In this document: piece by piece, positions 1-9,928 of the stretch
How positions within the stretch are numbered: the first letter of the stretch is position 1
How the letters are laid out: each line of letters opens with the position of its first letter
NCBI GenBank assembly: GCA_040752575.1
Contig: JBFMGK010000066.1
Span: forward strand, 46,640 to 110,639
Source: Candidatus Bipolaricaulota bacterium
Lineage (GTDB): Bacteria; Bipolaricaulota; Bipolaricaulia; UBA7950; UBA9294
Length of the DNA stretch: 64,000 bases
Reading direction: 5' to 3'
Made by a program: the position numbers and the translations under genes
Notes under the pieces: generated by a model
What the model was told of the DNA's origin: nothing
The model's database searches: none
Seen by the model: only the letters and a program-made list of their open reading frames with translations

Positions 1-1593
1 AGCGGGCGCGATGCACAGCCGCTCCTCGTCATCGGCCATGAGGTAGTCGACCTGATCCGTGACCTTTCCCTTCACCACCTTGCGGTACGGCGCAACGAGG
101 AAGCCGTACTCGTTCACTCCCGCATAGCACGCCAACGACGTAATCAGACCGATATTCTGGCCTTCCGGCGTCTCGATGGGGCAGATCCGCGCGTAGTGGG
201 AGGAGTGGACGTCGCGCACTTCGATCTTCGCGCGCCGCTTGGTGAGTCCGCCACCCAGAGCGTTCAGCCGACGCTTGTGCGTCAGTTCCGTCAGCGGGTT
301 CGTCTGCTCGAGGAACTGCGAGAACCGTCCCGTGTAGAAGAGCTGGTTGATCGACCCCTGCACAGTCCGCGTCGAGATCAGCCTGCGGATCGTGTCTTTC
401 TCCTCGAGCGCATACTTCGACAGCTTGTCGCGCGCGATCCGCGCCATGCGCACAAGACCGGTCCGTAGTGCGTTTTCCGCCAATTCCCCGGGCAGGCGAA
501 CGCGCTTGTTCGCCAGATGGTCCTTCTCATCCAGCACGTCGGGATTGCTTGGCACGTCGATCAGGATCCGGATCGTACGCACGATGTCGGCCAAGTAGAG
601 AACGGGTTGGGTGAGTTCCATCCCGAGTTTCCGGTTCACCTTGAATCGTCCCACGCGGGAGAGGTGGTAGCTTGCAGGGTGGAAGTAGAGGTTCTCGACG
701 AACTCGCCCATCTGCGATGGCGAGGATCGGTCCGACGGGCGAAGTTTGCGGTAGACGGAGCGAAGGGCCTCTTCCTGGCTCGTCGTCTGGTCCTCTTCGA
801 GCGCCCGCTGAATCAGCCGATGAACGACGCGAAGGCTCTTCACACCGGCCTTCTCGATTCGCGGGAGGTGGCTTTTGGCCAGCGTCTCGCCCAGGCTCAC
901 AATCGGCTCGCCGTCCTTGTCAAAGACGGCCTCGGCCATTCGACAGCCTACGTAGGCAGAGAGCTTCTCGGCCGTCGCTGGCGCAACGGTGACTCCGAAA
1001 GTGCGACAGATCCTGGCTTCGTCGAGACCCAGGGCCCTGAGCAGCACCGTCGCCACGACGCGGCCTTTGCGGTCGAGGTTGGCTCGCAGCGTCCCTCGCT
1101 TGGTATCGAGAAGGATCTCCAACCAGGCGCCCAGCTCGGGCAGGATGTGCCCCTTGTACTGGTGGGGCTCCTCCTGGGTGAAGTACACCCCGGGGGCGCG
1201 CGTCAACTCGTTGACGAGAGCGTTCTCCGAGCCATTGATGATGAAGGTGCCCCGGCTCGTCATCATCGGGAAGTCGCCGATGTACAGCTCCGTTTCTTGC
1301 AGGAGCTTGCCTTCCTGAAGGAGCCGCGCGGTGACGCGCAGAGGCTTGGAGTACGTGAGGTCCTTGTCCTTGCACTCCGTCTCGTTGTTGCGTGGCTCCC
1401 CAAGATACGGATCGACGAACTCCATCGTCAGCCCGTCCTTCCCGTGGCCCTCGATCGGCGAAACGTCGGCGAATGCGCGCTGAATACCGTCCTTCACGAA
1501 CTCGTCGAACGACCGCACGACATCCGCGAGGAGAAACGGCGGGGGAAGGATCTGTTGTATACGTCCGTAGGATCTGCGCTCTCGGGTCTTCAT
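1..1593 (-). CDS. rpoB: DNA-directed RNA polymerase subunit beta, 5' part (runs off left edge)
   Basis: Manual translation (absent from ORF track): ATG at 1593 after AAGGGG SD; MKTRERRSYG...GDFPMMTSRGTFIING...SQFLEQTNPLTELTHKRR...EVRDVH..HYARICPIETPEG.NIGLI; follows rplL. Confidence 0.97.
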   Translation of the reverse strand, partial: MKTRERRSYGRIQQILPPPFLLADVVRSFDEFVKDGIQRAFADVSPIEGHGKDGLTMEFVDPYLGEPRNNETECKDKDLTYSKPLRVTARLLQEGKLLQETELYIGDFPMMTSRGTFIINGSENALVNELTRAPGVYFTQEEPHQYKGHILPELGAWLEILLDTKRGTLRANLDRKGRVVATVLLRALGLDEARICRTFGVTVAPATAEKLSAYVGCRMAEAVFDKDGEPIVSLGETLAKSHLPRIEKAGVKSLRVVHRLIQRALEEDQTTSQEEALRSVYRKLRPSDRSSPSQMGEFVENLYFHPASYHLSRVGRFKVNRKLGMELTQPVLYLADIVRTIRILIDVPSNPDVLDEKDHLANKRVRLPGELAENALRTGLVRMARIARDKLSKYALEEKDTIRRLISTRTVQGSINQLFYTGRFSQFLEQTNPLTELTHKRRLNALGGGLTKRRAKIEVRDVHSSHYARICPIETPEGQNIGLITSLACYAGVNEYGFLVAPYRKVVKGKVTDQVDYLMADDEERLCIAPA

Positions 1594-1606
1594 CTTGTCC
1601 CCTTAC

Positions 1607-1651
1607 ACAAGAACGCCCTGCCCTAAGGCGCTGCGCACCTTAAGGCAGGCG
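1607..1651 (-). terminator. Putative terminator/attenuator hairpin between rplL and rpoB
   Basis: Minus strand GCCTGCCTTAAGGTGC-GCA-GCGCCTTAGGGCAGGGC followed by GTTCTTG (weak U tract); position matches the rplL-rpoB attenuator of E. coli. Confidence 0.55.
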
Positions 1652-1684
1652 TCATCCGAAACCAGCCGCGTTCTGCGGGACGAT

Positions 1685-2065
1685 CTACTCCAGTTCGATC
1701 TCAGCGCCCGCCGCCTCCAGTTTCTCTTTGATGCTCGCCGCTTCGTCGGGCGAGGCGTTCTCCTTGATGATCGCGGGGATCTTGTCCGCCAGGTCCTTGG
1801 CCTCCTTGAGACCGAGGCCGGTGATCTCCTTGATCTCCTTGATGACCTGGATCTTCTTCTGGCCGGCGCTCTTCATGATGACCTTGTAGGTCTCCGCGGC
1901 GGGCTTCGCCGCGCCATCGCCACCCGCCGAGGGGGCGACCGCGACCGCGACCGGGGCAGCCATCGCGGCCGACACACCGAAGCGCTCTTCGATCATCCCG
2001 ACCAAGTCGGCAAGGTCCTTCACCGACATCTCCTCAATCTGCTGAAGGAGCTCTTCCTTCCCCAT
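1685..2065 (-). CDS. rplL: 50S ribosomal protein L7/L12
   Basis: [36 protein letters not shown] motifs. Confidence 0.98.
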   Translation of the reverse strand: MGKEELLQQIEEMSVKDLADLVGMIEERFGVSAAMAAPVAVAVAPSAGGDGAAKPAAETYKVIMKSAGQKKIQVIKEIKEITGLGLKEAKDLADKIPAIIKENASPDEAASIKEKLEAAGAEIELE

Positions 2066-2068
2066 GCC

Positions 2069-2605
2069 TTATGCCTCCTCTTTGTGCTCTTCGCGTTGCT
2101 TCTTCACTTCGTTCAGGACGACCGCGAGCTCGCGGACCTTGGCCTGCAACACCACAGCAAGGGCGCGCATGGGGCCGGAAAGGACCATCGCCAGCCTTGC
2201 CAGCAACTCCTGCCGCGAGGGCAGGTTCGTGTAGCGTGCGATCTCGCTCTCGAGCACGAGCGCGCCCTCGAACAAGCCGCCCTTCAGTTCATACTTCGGG
2301 CTGTACGTCTTCCGACACTCGTCGCTGACCTTGAATGCGACGGCCGGGTCGCCGAAGCCCATTGCTACGCCGATCGGGCCGCGGAACAAGTCCGAGAGTC
2401 CCTCGATCCCCGCGTCACGGGCCGCGATCCGGGCGAGCGTGTCCTTCACGACGCGGTACGAGACACCTTGCTGCGTGAACTTCCTTCGCAGCTCAACCAT
2501 CTCGTTGGCCGTAAGCCCCCGGTAGTCCGCCAAGACCATCGCCGAGGCTCTCTTGAAATCCTCGGTCAGTCGAGCGACTTCGTCGATCTTCTGTTGCGTA
2601 GGCAT
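2069..2605 (-). CDS. rplJ: 50S ribosomal protein L10
   Basis: ADYRGLT..EM.ELR, LPSRQELLA motifs; position between rplA and rplL. Confidence 0.97.
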   Translation of the reverse strand: MPTQQKIDEVARLTEDFKRASAMVLADYRGLTANEMVELRRKFTQQGVSYRVVKDTLARIAARDAGIEGLSDLFRGPIGVAMGFGDPAVAFKVSDECRKTYSPKYELKGGLFEGALVLESEIARYTNLPSRQELLARLAMVLSGPMRALAVVLQAKVRELAVVLNEVKKQREEHKEEA

Positions 2606-2614
2606 CTCTCGCTC

Positions 2615-3322
2615 CTAGGTCTCGGCTTCCGTGACCGCGCTGACTTCGCTGAGATCGAGCGCGATGCCCGGTCCCATCGTCGACGCGATGCTCACCTTGC
2701 GGATGTACCGACCCTTGATGCCTTCCTCCGGGCGGCGCTCAGCGACGCTGCGGAGGATGGCGACCAGGTTGTCCTTCAGTGCCGACGCGTCGAACGACGC
2801 CCTTCCGAACACCGTGTGGACAACACCCTGGCGGTCCGTACGGAACTCGACCATTCCCTTCTTGAGTTCGCCGATGACAACGCCGATATCCTTCGTCACC
2901 GTTCCCGTCTTGGGACTCGGCATCATCCCGCGCGGCCCCAGCACTTTGCCGAGTTTTCCTACCACAGGCATCATGTCGGGCGTCGCGACGACCTTGTCGA
3001 ACTCGAACCAACCCTCCTGGATCCTCTTGGCGAGATCCTCGCCGCCCACGTAGTCGGCGCCCGCCTTCTCGGCTTCGGACACGCTCTCGCCTTTGGCGAA
3101 CGCGAGGACACGAACGGTCTTTCCCGTGCCGTGAGGCAGATTGCACGTTCCGCGCACGACAACCTGGCTCGCCTTGATCCCGAGGACGAACGCGACTTCC
3201 GCCGTCTCGTCGAACTTCGCCGTCGCGCCGGCCTTCAGTTTCGCGACCGCATCGTCGATGCCGTACGAAACGCTGGGCTGTACGAGTTGTGCAACGCCGG
3301 TGTACCGTCTGCTGCGCTTCAC
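2615..3322 (-). CDS. rplA: 50S ribosomal protein L1
   Basis: [42 protein letters not shown]. Confidence 0.98.
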   Translation of the reverse strand: MKRSRRYTGVAQLVQPSVSYGIDDAVAKLKAGATAKFDETAEVAFVLGIKASQVVVRGTCNLPHGTGKTVRVLAFAKGESVSEAEKAGADYVGGEDLAKRIQEGWFEFDKVVATPDMMPVVGKLGKVLGPRGMMPSPKTGTVTKDIGVVIGELKKGMVEFRTDRQGVVHTVFGRASFDASALKDNLVAILRSVAERRPEEGIKGRYIRKVSIASTMGPGIALDLSEVSAVTEAET

Positions 3323-3750
3323 CCGTCCACCACCTCGACTCCCATGTTGCGTGCCGTGCCCTCGATGATCCGCATCGCCGCTCCGACGTCGTTGGCATTC
3401 AGATCCGGGAACTTCCGCTCGGCGATTCGGCGCACCTGCTCTTTGGAGATGCGCGCCACCTTGGACCGATTCGGCTCCGCCGAACCGGTCTGGATTCCGG
3501 CTGCCATCTTGATCAGCACCGCGGCCGGCGGCTGCTTCAACACGAAGTCGAACTTGCTCCCCATGTACACGGAGATGACGACGGGGATGATGAGCCCCGG
3601 CGTCTCGTGCTTCGTCGCCTCGTTGAACTTCTTACAGAAGTCCATGATGTTGAGCTTGTGCTCGCCGAGCGCGGGTCCGACCGGAGGCGCCGGCGTGGCT
3701 TGGCCCGCCGGGATCTGTAGCGTGATCTTCGCTATGGCCGTTCTCGCCAT
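3319..3750 (-). CDS. rplK: 50S ribosomal protein L11
   Basis: [37 protein letters not shown]. Confidence 0.98.
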   Translation of the reverse strand: MARTAIAKITLQIPAGQATPAPPVGPALGEHKLNIMDFCKKFNEATKHETPGLIIPVVISVYMGSKFDFVLKQPPAAVLIKMAAGIQTGSAEPNRSKVARISKEQVRRIAERKFPDLNANDVGAAMRIIEGTARNMGVEVVDG

Positions 3751-3800
3751 GTGACCTCCTCCCCTATCGCTCTCATACGGTTCCTACGCCTTCCCGCAAC

Positions 3801-4922
3801 CTACAGCTTCTCGATCCCTTCGAACCCGAGGCGCACCGGCGTCTCTCGTCCGAAGATCTTGACCATGACCGTGACTTCCTCGGCTTCCTTGTCGATCTCC
3901 TTCACCTCGCCGGTGAAGTCGGCAAATGGGCCTTCGACGATCTCGACCACTTCGCCCACCGTGAAATCGACCTCGACGCGCGGCTCGGCCGTGGCCGTCG
4001 CCGACGCAGGGGACGACGCGACGGGAATCGCCAGCAGACCGGCCTTACGGCGGATCAGTTTCATCTCGGGCCCCTCAATCGGCTCCGGCTTGAACCGCGA
4101 TCCCACGTACCGCACAGCCCCTTTGACGCCGTCGATCAGCTCCATCATCTGCTCGTCTTCGAGCCCCAACCGCGCGAACACGTATCCCGGGAACAAACGA
4201 CGCTTCTCGATCCGCTGAATGGCAACGACGCGTTTGTCCTTGTACTCCTTCACCTTCAGCAGACCGGACGCTCGGCTGGGGATCGTGTCCTCTTCTTCGT
4301 ACACATCCCCTTCCTTGAGCGTCATCCCCTTGCGCAGTTTCCCGGCGCACTTGTCCAGCACGATCTTCTTCTTCTCGCGGCCGTCAGGCAGTTCCAGCGT
4401 CACGCGCCGAACCTTGTCGCGAACCACGACCGTCCCCCGATTCGCCACGACGAACCTCTCGTCGCTGTCCGACGTGAGAGGCACGCCGTTGCGGATCTTC
4501 TCCGAGGCGCGGATGTCCCGCCGGATCCTCTTGTCCGCGGGGATCAAGTACGTTTCCTCGTTACGATTGGTCAGCTCGACGACGACCCGCTGCAGGGTTT
4601 CCACGTCGCTGACCTTGGCGGCTTCCTCCATGTGACGCGGGGCCTTCCGCGCAAGCACTTCGCCTCGCAGGATCCGCTCGTTCGGCTTCGCCACGAGGTC
4701 GTACTCATACGGGATCCGGTACTCGGTCGCCGCACCTCGTCGGCTGCGCGACGTAATGACCTCCTCGACCGGGACGAGGAAGAAGGTTTCCTCGCCGTCG
4801 ATCGTGAAACGCTCGACGCCGCGTTCCCACTGGCGCTTGCGCACCCGCTCGTTGAGGTCTTCCTTGACCTTCAGCTCCGAGCCAGCGTAGGTCTGGATCG
4901 CGTACCACTTCTTCAACCGCAT
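3801..4922 (-). CDS. nusG: Transcription factor NusG with large internal insertion (~373 aa)
   Basis: KKWYAIQTYAGSE N-terminus, LFPGYVF, KOW domain GEVVEIVEGPFADFTG...IFGRETPV; start moved to ATG 4922 after secE. Confidence 0.95.
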   Translation of the reverse strand: MRLKKWYAIQTYAGSELKVKEDLNERVRKRQWERGVERFTIDGEETFFLVPVEEVITSRSRRGAATEYRIPYEYDLVAKPNERILRGEVLARKAPRHMEEAAKVSDVETLQRVVVELTNRNEETYLIPADKRIRRDIRASEKIRNGVPLTSDSDERFVVANRGTVVVRDKVRRVTLELPDGREKKKIVLDKCAGKLRKGMTLKEGDVYEEEDTIPSRASGLLKVKEYKDKRVVAIQRIEKRRLFPGYVFARLGLEDEQMMELIDGVKGAVRYVGSRFKPEPIEGPEMKLIRRKAGLLAIPVASSPASATATAEPRVEVDFTVGEVVEIVEGPFADFTGEVKEIDKEAEEVTVMVKIFGRETPVRLGFEGIEKL

Positions 4923-4929
4923 GATGAGA

Positions 4930-5136
4930 TCAGCCCGCCACCGCACTTCCGCTGCCGACGATGACCCGGAGCACAAACGCGATCAGTCCATCCACGCCCC
5001 AGATGTACAGGGTGAGGATCACGGTCAGGACGAGAATCAGCGCGGTGAGCGAGATGACCTCCGGCCGCGTCGGCCAACTCACCCGCGCCGCCTCTGTTCG
5101 CACGCCCTTGAGGTAGTTCACGATCCGATCGATCAT
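4930..5136 (-). CDS. secE: Preprotein translocase SecE (short, single TM)
   Basis: RVSWPTR.EV motif followed by a hydrophobic segment; between tRNA-Trp and nusG. Confidence 0.93.
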   Translation of the reverse strand: MIDRIVNYLKGVRTEAARVSWPTRPEVISLTALILVLTVILTLYIWGVDGLIAFVLRVIVGSGSAVAG

Positions 5137-5166
5137 CCTGTGTCTCCTCAGCTCTGGGATTCCTTG

Positions 5167-5239
5167 CAGGCCCGAGAGGGCTCGAACCCCCAGCCTTCCG
5201 ATTTGGAGTCGGACGCTCTGCCAATTGAGCTACGGGCCT
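5167..5239 (-). tRNA. tRNA-Trp (CCA anticodon), 3' CCA not encoded
   Basis: AGGCCCGTAGCTCAATTGGCAGAGCGTCCGACT-CCA-AATCGGAAGGCTGGGGGTTCGAGCCCTCTCGGGCCTG, followed by CAA. Confidence 0.96.
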
Positions 5240-5262
5240 ATCCCGGTCCGCCGCCGCGACGG

Positions 5263-5427
5263 CTAGACCTCCTTGTGCATCGTATGCTTCCGGTCCCACT
5301 TGCAGTACTTGTTTAGCTCCAGCTTGCCGCGCGCGTTGGTCTTGTTCTTCTTCGTATGGTAATTGCGCCGACCGCACTCGGAGCAGGCAAGAGAGATGTG
5401 CACGACCGCTTCACCCTTCTTCGCCAT
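5263..5427 (-). CDS. rpmG: 50S ribosomal protein L33
   Basis: Manual translation [29 protein letters not shown]...[19 protein letters not shown] (54 aa). Confidence 0.96.
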   Translation of the reverse strand: MAKKGEAVVHISLACSECGRRNYHTKKNKTNARGKLELNKYCKWDRKHTMHKEV

Positions 5428-5443
5428 CTTGCGTCCCTCTCAG

Positions 5444-6655
<1,212 letters not shown>

Positions 6656-6728
6656 TGGCCTGACCTCCTCAGCGTCGCTTCCTCGACGCGTCTGTGTTCC
6701 CGAAAGGGTAGTACCCGCCGCGAGCGTG

Positions 6729-6801
6729 AGCCCGCGATCGGAGTCGAACCGATGACCTCCCCCTTACCAAGGGGGTGCTCTACCTACTGAGCTACACGGG
6801 C
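6729..6801 (-). tRNA. tRNA-Thr (GGT), CCA not encoded
   Basis: GCCCGTGTAGCTCAGTAGGTAGAGCACCCCCTT-GGT-AAGGGGGAGGTCATCGGTTCGACTCCGATCGCGGGCT. Confidence 0.96.
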
Positions 6802-6855
6802 GTTTCGGTCTCCGCCGCATGCGGAGTGTATCCGCACATCCTCCGCTCTTCCAAG

Positions 6856-6941
6856 TGGTGGAGGGGGAGGGATTCGAACCCCCGTAGGCGTACGCCAACG
6901 GATTTACAGTCCGCCCCGTTTGGCCGCTTCGGTACCCCTCC
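6856..6941 (-). tRNA. tRNA-Tyr (GTA), long variable arm, CCA encoded
   Basis: GGAGGGGTACCGAAGCGGCCAAACGGGGCGGACT-GTA-AATCCG...GGTTCGAATCCCTCCCCCTCCACCA. Confidence 0.97.
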
Positions 6942-6959
6942 GATCCAACCCCAAGCCAG

Positions 6960-7032
<73 letters not shown>

Positions 7033-7052
7033 GACTCGCCTGTTCGGCGCGG

Positions 7053-7081
7053 ATTGTACGGGCACCGGTTCTAGACGTCAA
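7053..7081 (-). promoter_or_regulatory. Sigma70-type promoter of the tRNA-tuf-secE-nusG-rpl-rpoB operon
   Basis: TTGACG-17 nt-TACAAT followed by GC-rich discriminator CCGCGCC, just upstream of tRNA-Thr. Confidence 0.8.
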
Positions 7082-7127
7082 GAAATGCCCCTCAAGGGGA
7101 CCGCGATCACGCCCGCGGAGCGTGCTC

Positions 7128-7727
7128 CTAGCAGCGACTGGCCTGGGCGTCTCGCAAGGCTGACTCCAGTGCACTTCGCAGCGACTCGCGATCGGCCACG
7201 CCCTGAAGGCGCAGGACGACGTCCCGGTGGGCCTCCGTCTCGCGCACGGAAGCCAGGCTGATGAGTTTCGCCTTGTGCTCGCGCAGCACGTCAAAGACTC
7301 TGTACAGGTCGTCCCCATCCTTGCCAAGACGCACTTCCATCCGCGTCGCCGCGAGGCCAATTCCAAGGCCGGCCGCGAGGCCCCGCAACGCCTCGCCTTG
7401 CGTGATGACGCCGACGAGCTTCCCCGCGGCGTCGACGACGGGAAGGAGGACGAGCCTGTGTTCCATCATCAGGAGCGCGGCCTTCTCGAGCGTGTCGTCC
7501 GGGCCGACCGCCGTCTCGCTCGCGTGGGCGATCGTCTCGGTCAGCGCGGAGTCATCCGTTGCCGCTCGAAGCGCAGCGCGAGTCACGAATCCCTTGAACT
7601 GCCCGTCGTCGGCGGCGATCAAGAGGACGCCGAATCCCCGCTCATCCATGAGCCGCCGTACGGTGCCGATCGACGCTGTGGGCAGCGCGGTCAGCGCGTC
7701 CCGCTGCATGTGCCGCGCAACGTTCAT
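7128..7727 (-). CDS. CBS-pair + ACT-like domain protein (AcuB-like)
   Basis: Two CBS repeats (VGPDDTLEKAALLM..HRL..LPVVD..GKLVGVIT) and a C-terminal ACT-like segment; ATGA overlap with the EF-G2 stop. Confidence 0.85.
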   Translation of the reverse strand: MNVARHMQRDALTALPTASIGTVRRLMDERGFGVLLIAADDGQFKGFVTRAALRAATDDSALTETIAHASETAVGPDDTLEKAALLMMEHRLVLLPVVDAAGKLVGVITQGEALRGLAAGLGIGLAATRMEVRLGKDGDDLYRVFDVLREHKAKLISLASVRETEAHRDVVLRLQGVADRESLRSALESALRDAQASRC

Positions 7728-9694
7728 TCTGCCTCGGCCTGCGCGGCCGCAACCACCTTCTCCTGGATGTGGCCCGGCACAGCCTGATAGCGAGCGAACA
7801 CCATCTCGAACGTCGCCCGACCTTGCGTGCGTGACTTCAGTTCCAGCGCATAGCTCTGCAGTTCGGCAAGAGGAGCTTCGGCGTGGATGACCGTCACGCG
7901 CCCCGACGGCTCCATACCGAGGATCCGCCCGCGCCGCCCGTTCATGTCGCTGATGATGTCGCCCGTGTACTCCTCCGGAACGCGGACGTGAACCGTCATG
8001 ATCGGCTCCAAGAGACACGGTTCCGCATTGTCGAAGGCCTCGCGGAAGGCGTGACGGGCAGCAAGCTTGAACGCCAATTCGGAGGAGTCCACGGGGTGGA
8101 AACTCCCGTCATAGACGGCCACGAGAACGTCCGTCACGGGATACTTGGCCAGCCCCCCTTCCTCCAGGGCTTCGAGAACGCCCTTCTCCACGCCGGGAAC
8201 GTACTGCCCCGGAATCGACGCGCCCTTGATCTCGTCCACGAACTTGTACCCGCCTTCTCCCTTGTAGGGCTCGACGCGCAAGTACACCTCACCGAACTGG
8301 CCGCGCCCACCCGTCTGCTTCTTGTGGCGGTATTTCGCCTCGGCCTTCTTGCGGATCGTCTCCTTGTAGGGAATCCGAGCCTGGCGCGTGTCGAGCGATA
8401 CGTTGTAGCGATTCTTCAGCCGCTCGATGACCACGCCGAGATGGATGTCTCCCATGGCGTGGATGGCCAATTCTTTCGTCACCGCGTCTCGCTCGACGAG
8501 CACGGTCGCCTTCGTCGCAGCGATTTCCTTCAACGCCACGCTCATCTTCTCGACGTCGGCCTGCGTCTTGGGAACGATGGCCCGGATGAACCCGGGGCGT
8601 GGAAAGGCCGGGAAAGAAAAGGCCGGTGCGTCTTGCGTCGCAGCGAGCGTCGCTCCCAGCGTAACGCCGTCCGCCTTCGCAATGGCCACGACGTCTCCCG
8701 CGGAGGCGCTCGACACTCGCTTCTGTTTCGTGCCTTCCAGGGCATACAAGTCGCGGATCTCGACCTTCGCACCCGTCTTCACGTCGACGAGCGGCTTTGC
8801 CTCCTGAATCGCCCCTTCGAGCACCCGAACGTACGCCAGTCGCCCAAGGTACGGGTCATTCGTCAAGTTGAACGCCACGACGCGTGGCGCTGCGGTGGTG
8901 GCGCCGGGGCGATCCACCGTCAGGGTAACGAGCGACTTGAGCAGCAGATCGACACCCTTCTCCTCCACGCCTGCGGTACAGAAGGCCGGAACGATCTGTC
9001 CCGCGGCAACGCCTTTGGCAAGTGCAGCCGCGACTTCCGCATCGCTGATCGGCTGTTCGTCGAGGAACTTCATCATCAGCTCATCGTCGGCGGTCGCGAC
9101 CTCTTCGAGAAGCTCGCTTCGCGCCTCGGCGACCGCGTCCGTCATGTCCGCGGGGATGTCCTTCTTGCCCTTCTCCGCGAACCACATCGCTCGCTGGCCG
9201 ACGAGATCCACCACTCCGGCAAACGCGCCGCCGGAGCGGATCGGAAGCTGAACGGGCAGGATCTTCCCCTCGAAGCTCTCGCGAAGCGCCGCCACGGCCG
9301 CAGCGAAGTTCGCGTTTTCCTTGTCCATTTGGTTCACGACAATCGCCAGAGGGTATTTGCCGCCGCGCGCAACGTGCCAGGCGCGTTCCGTCACAACCTC
9401 AACCGCTTTCTCGGCGTTGACGACGAGCGCCGACACATCCGAGACGGGGATGGCCTTGTACATCTCCTCGACGAACTCGTCTCCCCCGGGGGTGTCAAGC
9501 AGCGTGACCGCAATCCCGTCGACCTGGAAGGCTCCGATTCCCATGTCGATCGTGGTCTTGCGGTCCTTTTCCTCCTGCGATGCGTCGAGAGAAATCTGGT
9601 CCTTCACTCCGGCTCGCTTCATCATCGCGAGCGCGAGCGTTGTCTTTCCGCATCCGGAATGGCCCACCAGACAGATGGTCCGTGCTTGCCCCAT
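7724..9694 (-). CDS. fusA2: Elongation factor G paralog (EF-G2/EF-GII type)
   Basis: [49 protein letters not shown]; start ATG 9694 after GGGG SD. Confidence 0.9.
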   Translation of the reverse strand: MGQARTICLVGHSGCGKTTLALAMMKRAGVKDQISLDASQEEKDRKTTIDMGIGAFQVDGIAVTLLDTPGGDEFVEEMYKAIPVSDVSALVVNAEKAVEVVTERAWHVARGGKYPLAIVVNQMDKENANFAAAVAALRESFEGKILPVQLPIRSGGAFAGVVDLVGQRAMWFAEKGKKDIPADMTDAVAEARSELLEEVATADDELMMKFLDEQPISDAEVAAALAKGVAAGQIVPAFCTAGVEEKGVDLLLKSLVTLTVDRPGATTAAPRVVAFNLTNDPYLGRLAYVRVLEGAIQEAKPLVDVKTGAKVEIRDLYALEGTKQKRVSSASAGDVVAIAKADGVTLGATLAATQDAPAFSFPAFPRPGFIRAIVPKTQADVEKMSVALKEIAATKATVLVERDAVTKELAIHAMGDIHLGVVIERLKNRYNVSLDTRQARIPYKETIRKKAEAKYRHKKQTGGRGQFGEVYLRVEPYKGEGGYKFVDEIKGASIPGQYVPGVEKGVLEALEEGGLAKYPVTDVLVAVYDGSFHPVDSSELAFKLAARHAFREAFDNAEPCLLEPIMTVHVRVPEEYTGDIISDMNGRRGRILGMEPSGRVTVIHAEAPLAELQSYALELKSRTQGRATFEMVFARYQAVPGHIQEKVVAAAQAEAE

Positions 9695-9732
9695 GTCGAT
9701 GCCCCCTTGGGTGAAAAACGGAAGTCGCGGGC

Positions 9733-9761
9733 AGTATACCCACGGGCCCCAACGATGGCAA
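9733..9761 (-). promoter_or_regulatory. Sigma70-type promoter for EF-G2/CBS operon
   Basis: TTGCCA-17 nt-TATACT. Confidence 0.65.
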
Positions 9762-9928
9762 GGCAGCGCATGACGCACGAAATGCAGTGGACATCAGTGT
9801 TTCTTCGCTTGCGCGCCAAGCGGACGACACGGCACTCGCGACGTTCGCTCTGACTGGGTCTATGCTTGCGCGCATCTCGCTCCGGCGGGTATCCTGCCCT
9901 CACACGATCGACAAGGCGGGAGGTCGTC

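Noticed and set aside
2606..2614. L10 leader upstream of rplJ
   Set aside because: The intergenic gap is only 9 nt.
517..3754. Long plus-strand ORFs (369 aa, 719 aa) opposite rpoB and rplL-rplK
   Set aside because: Antisense shadows of conserved GC-rich genes; no motifs or SD.
7883..9853. 656-aa plus-strand ORF opposite EF-G2, and similar ORFs at 29201-30730, 43000-46611 and 54729-56303
   Set aside because: Exact antisense-frame shadows expected from GC-biased codon usage; no independent evidence of coding.
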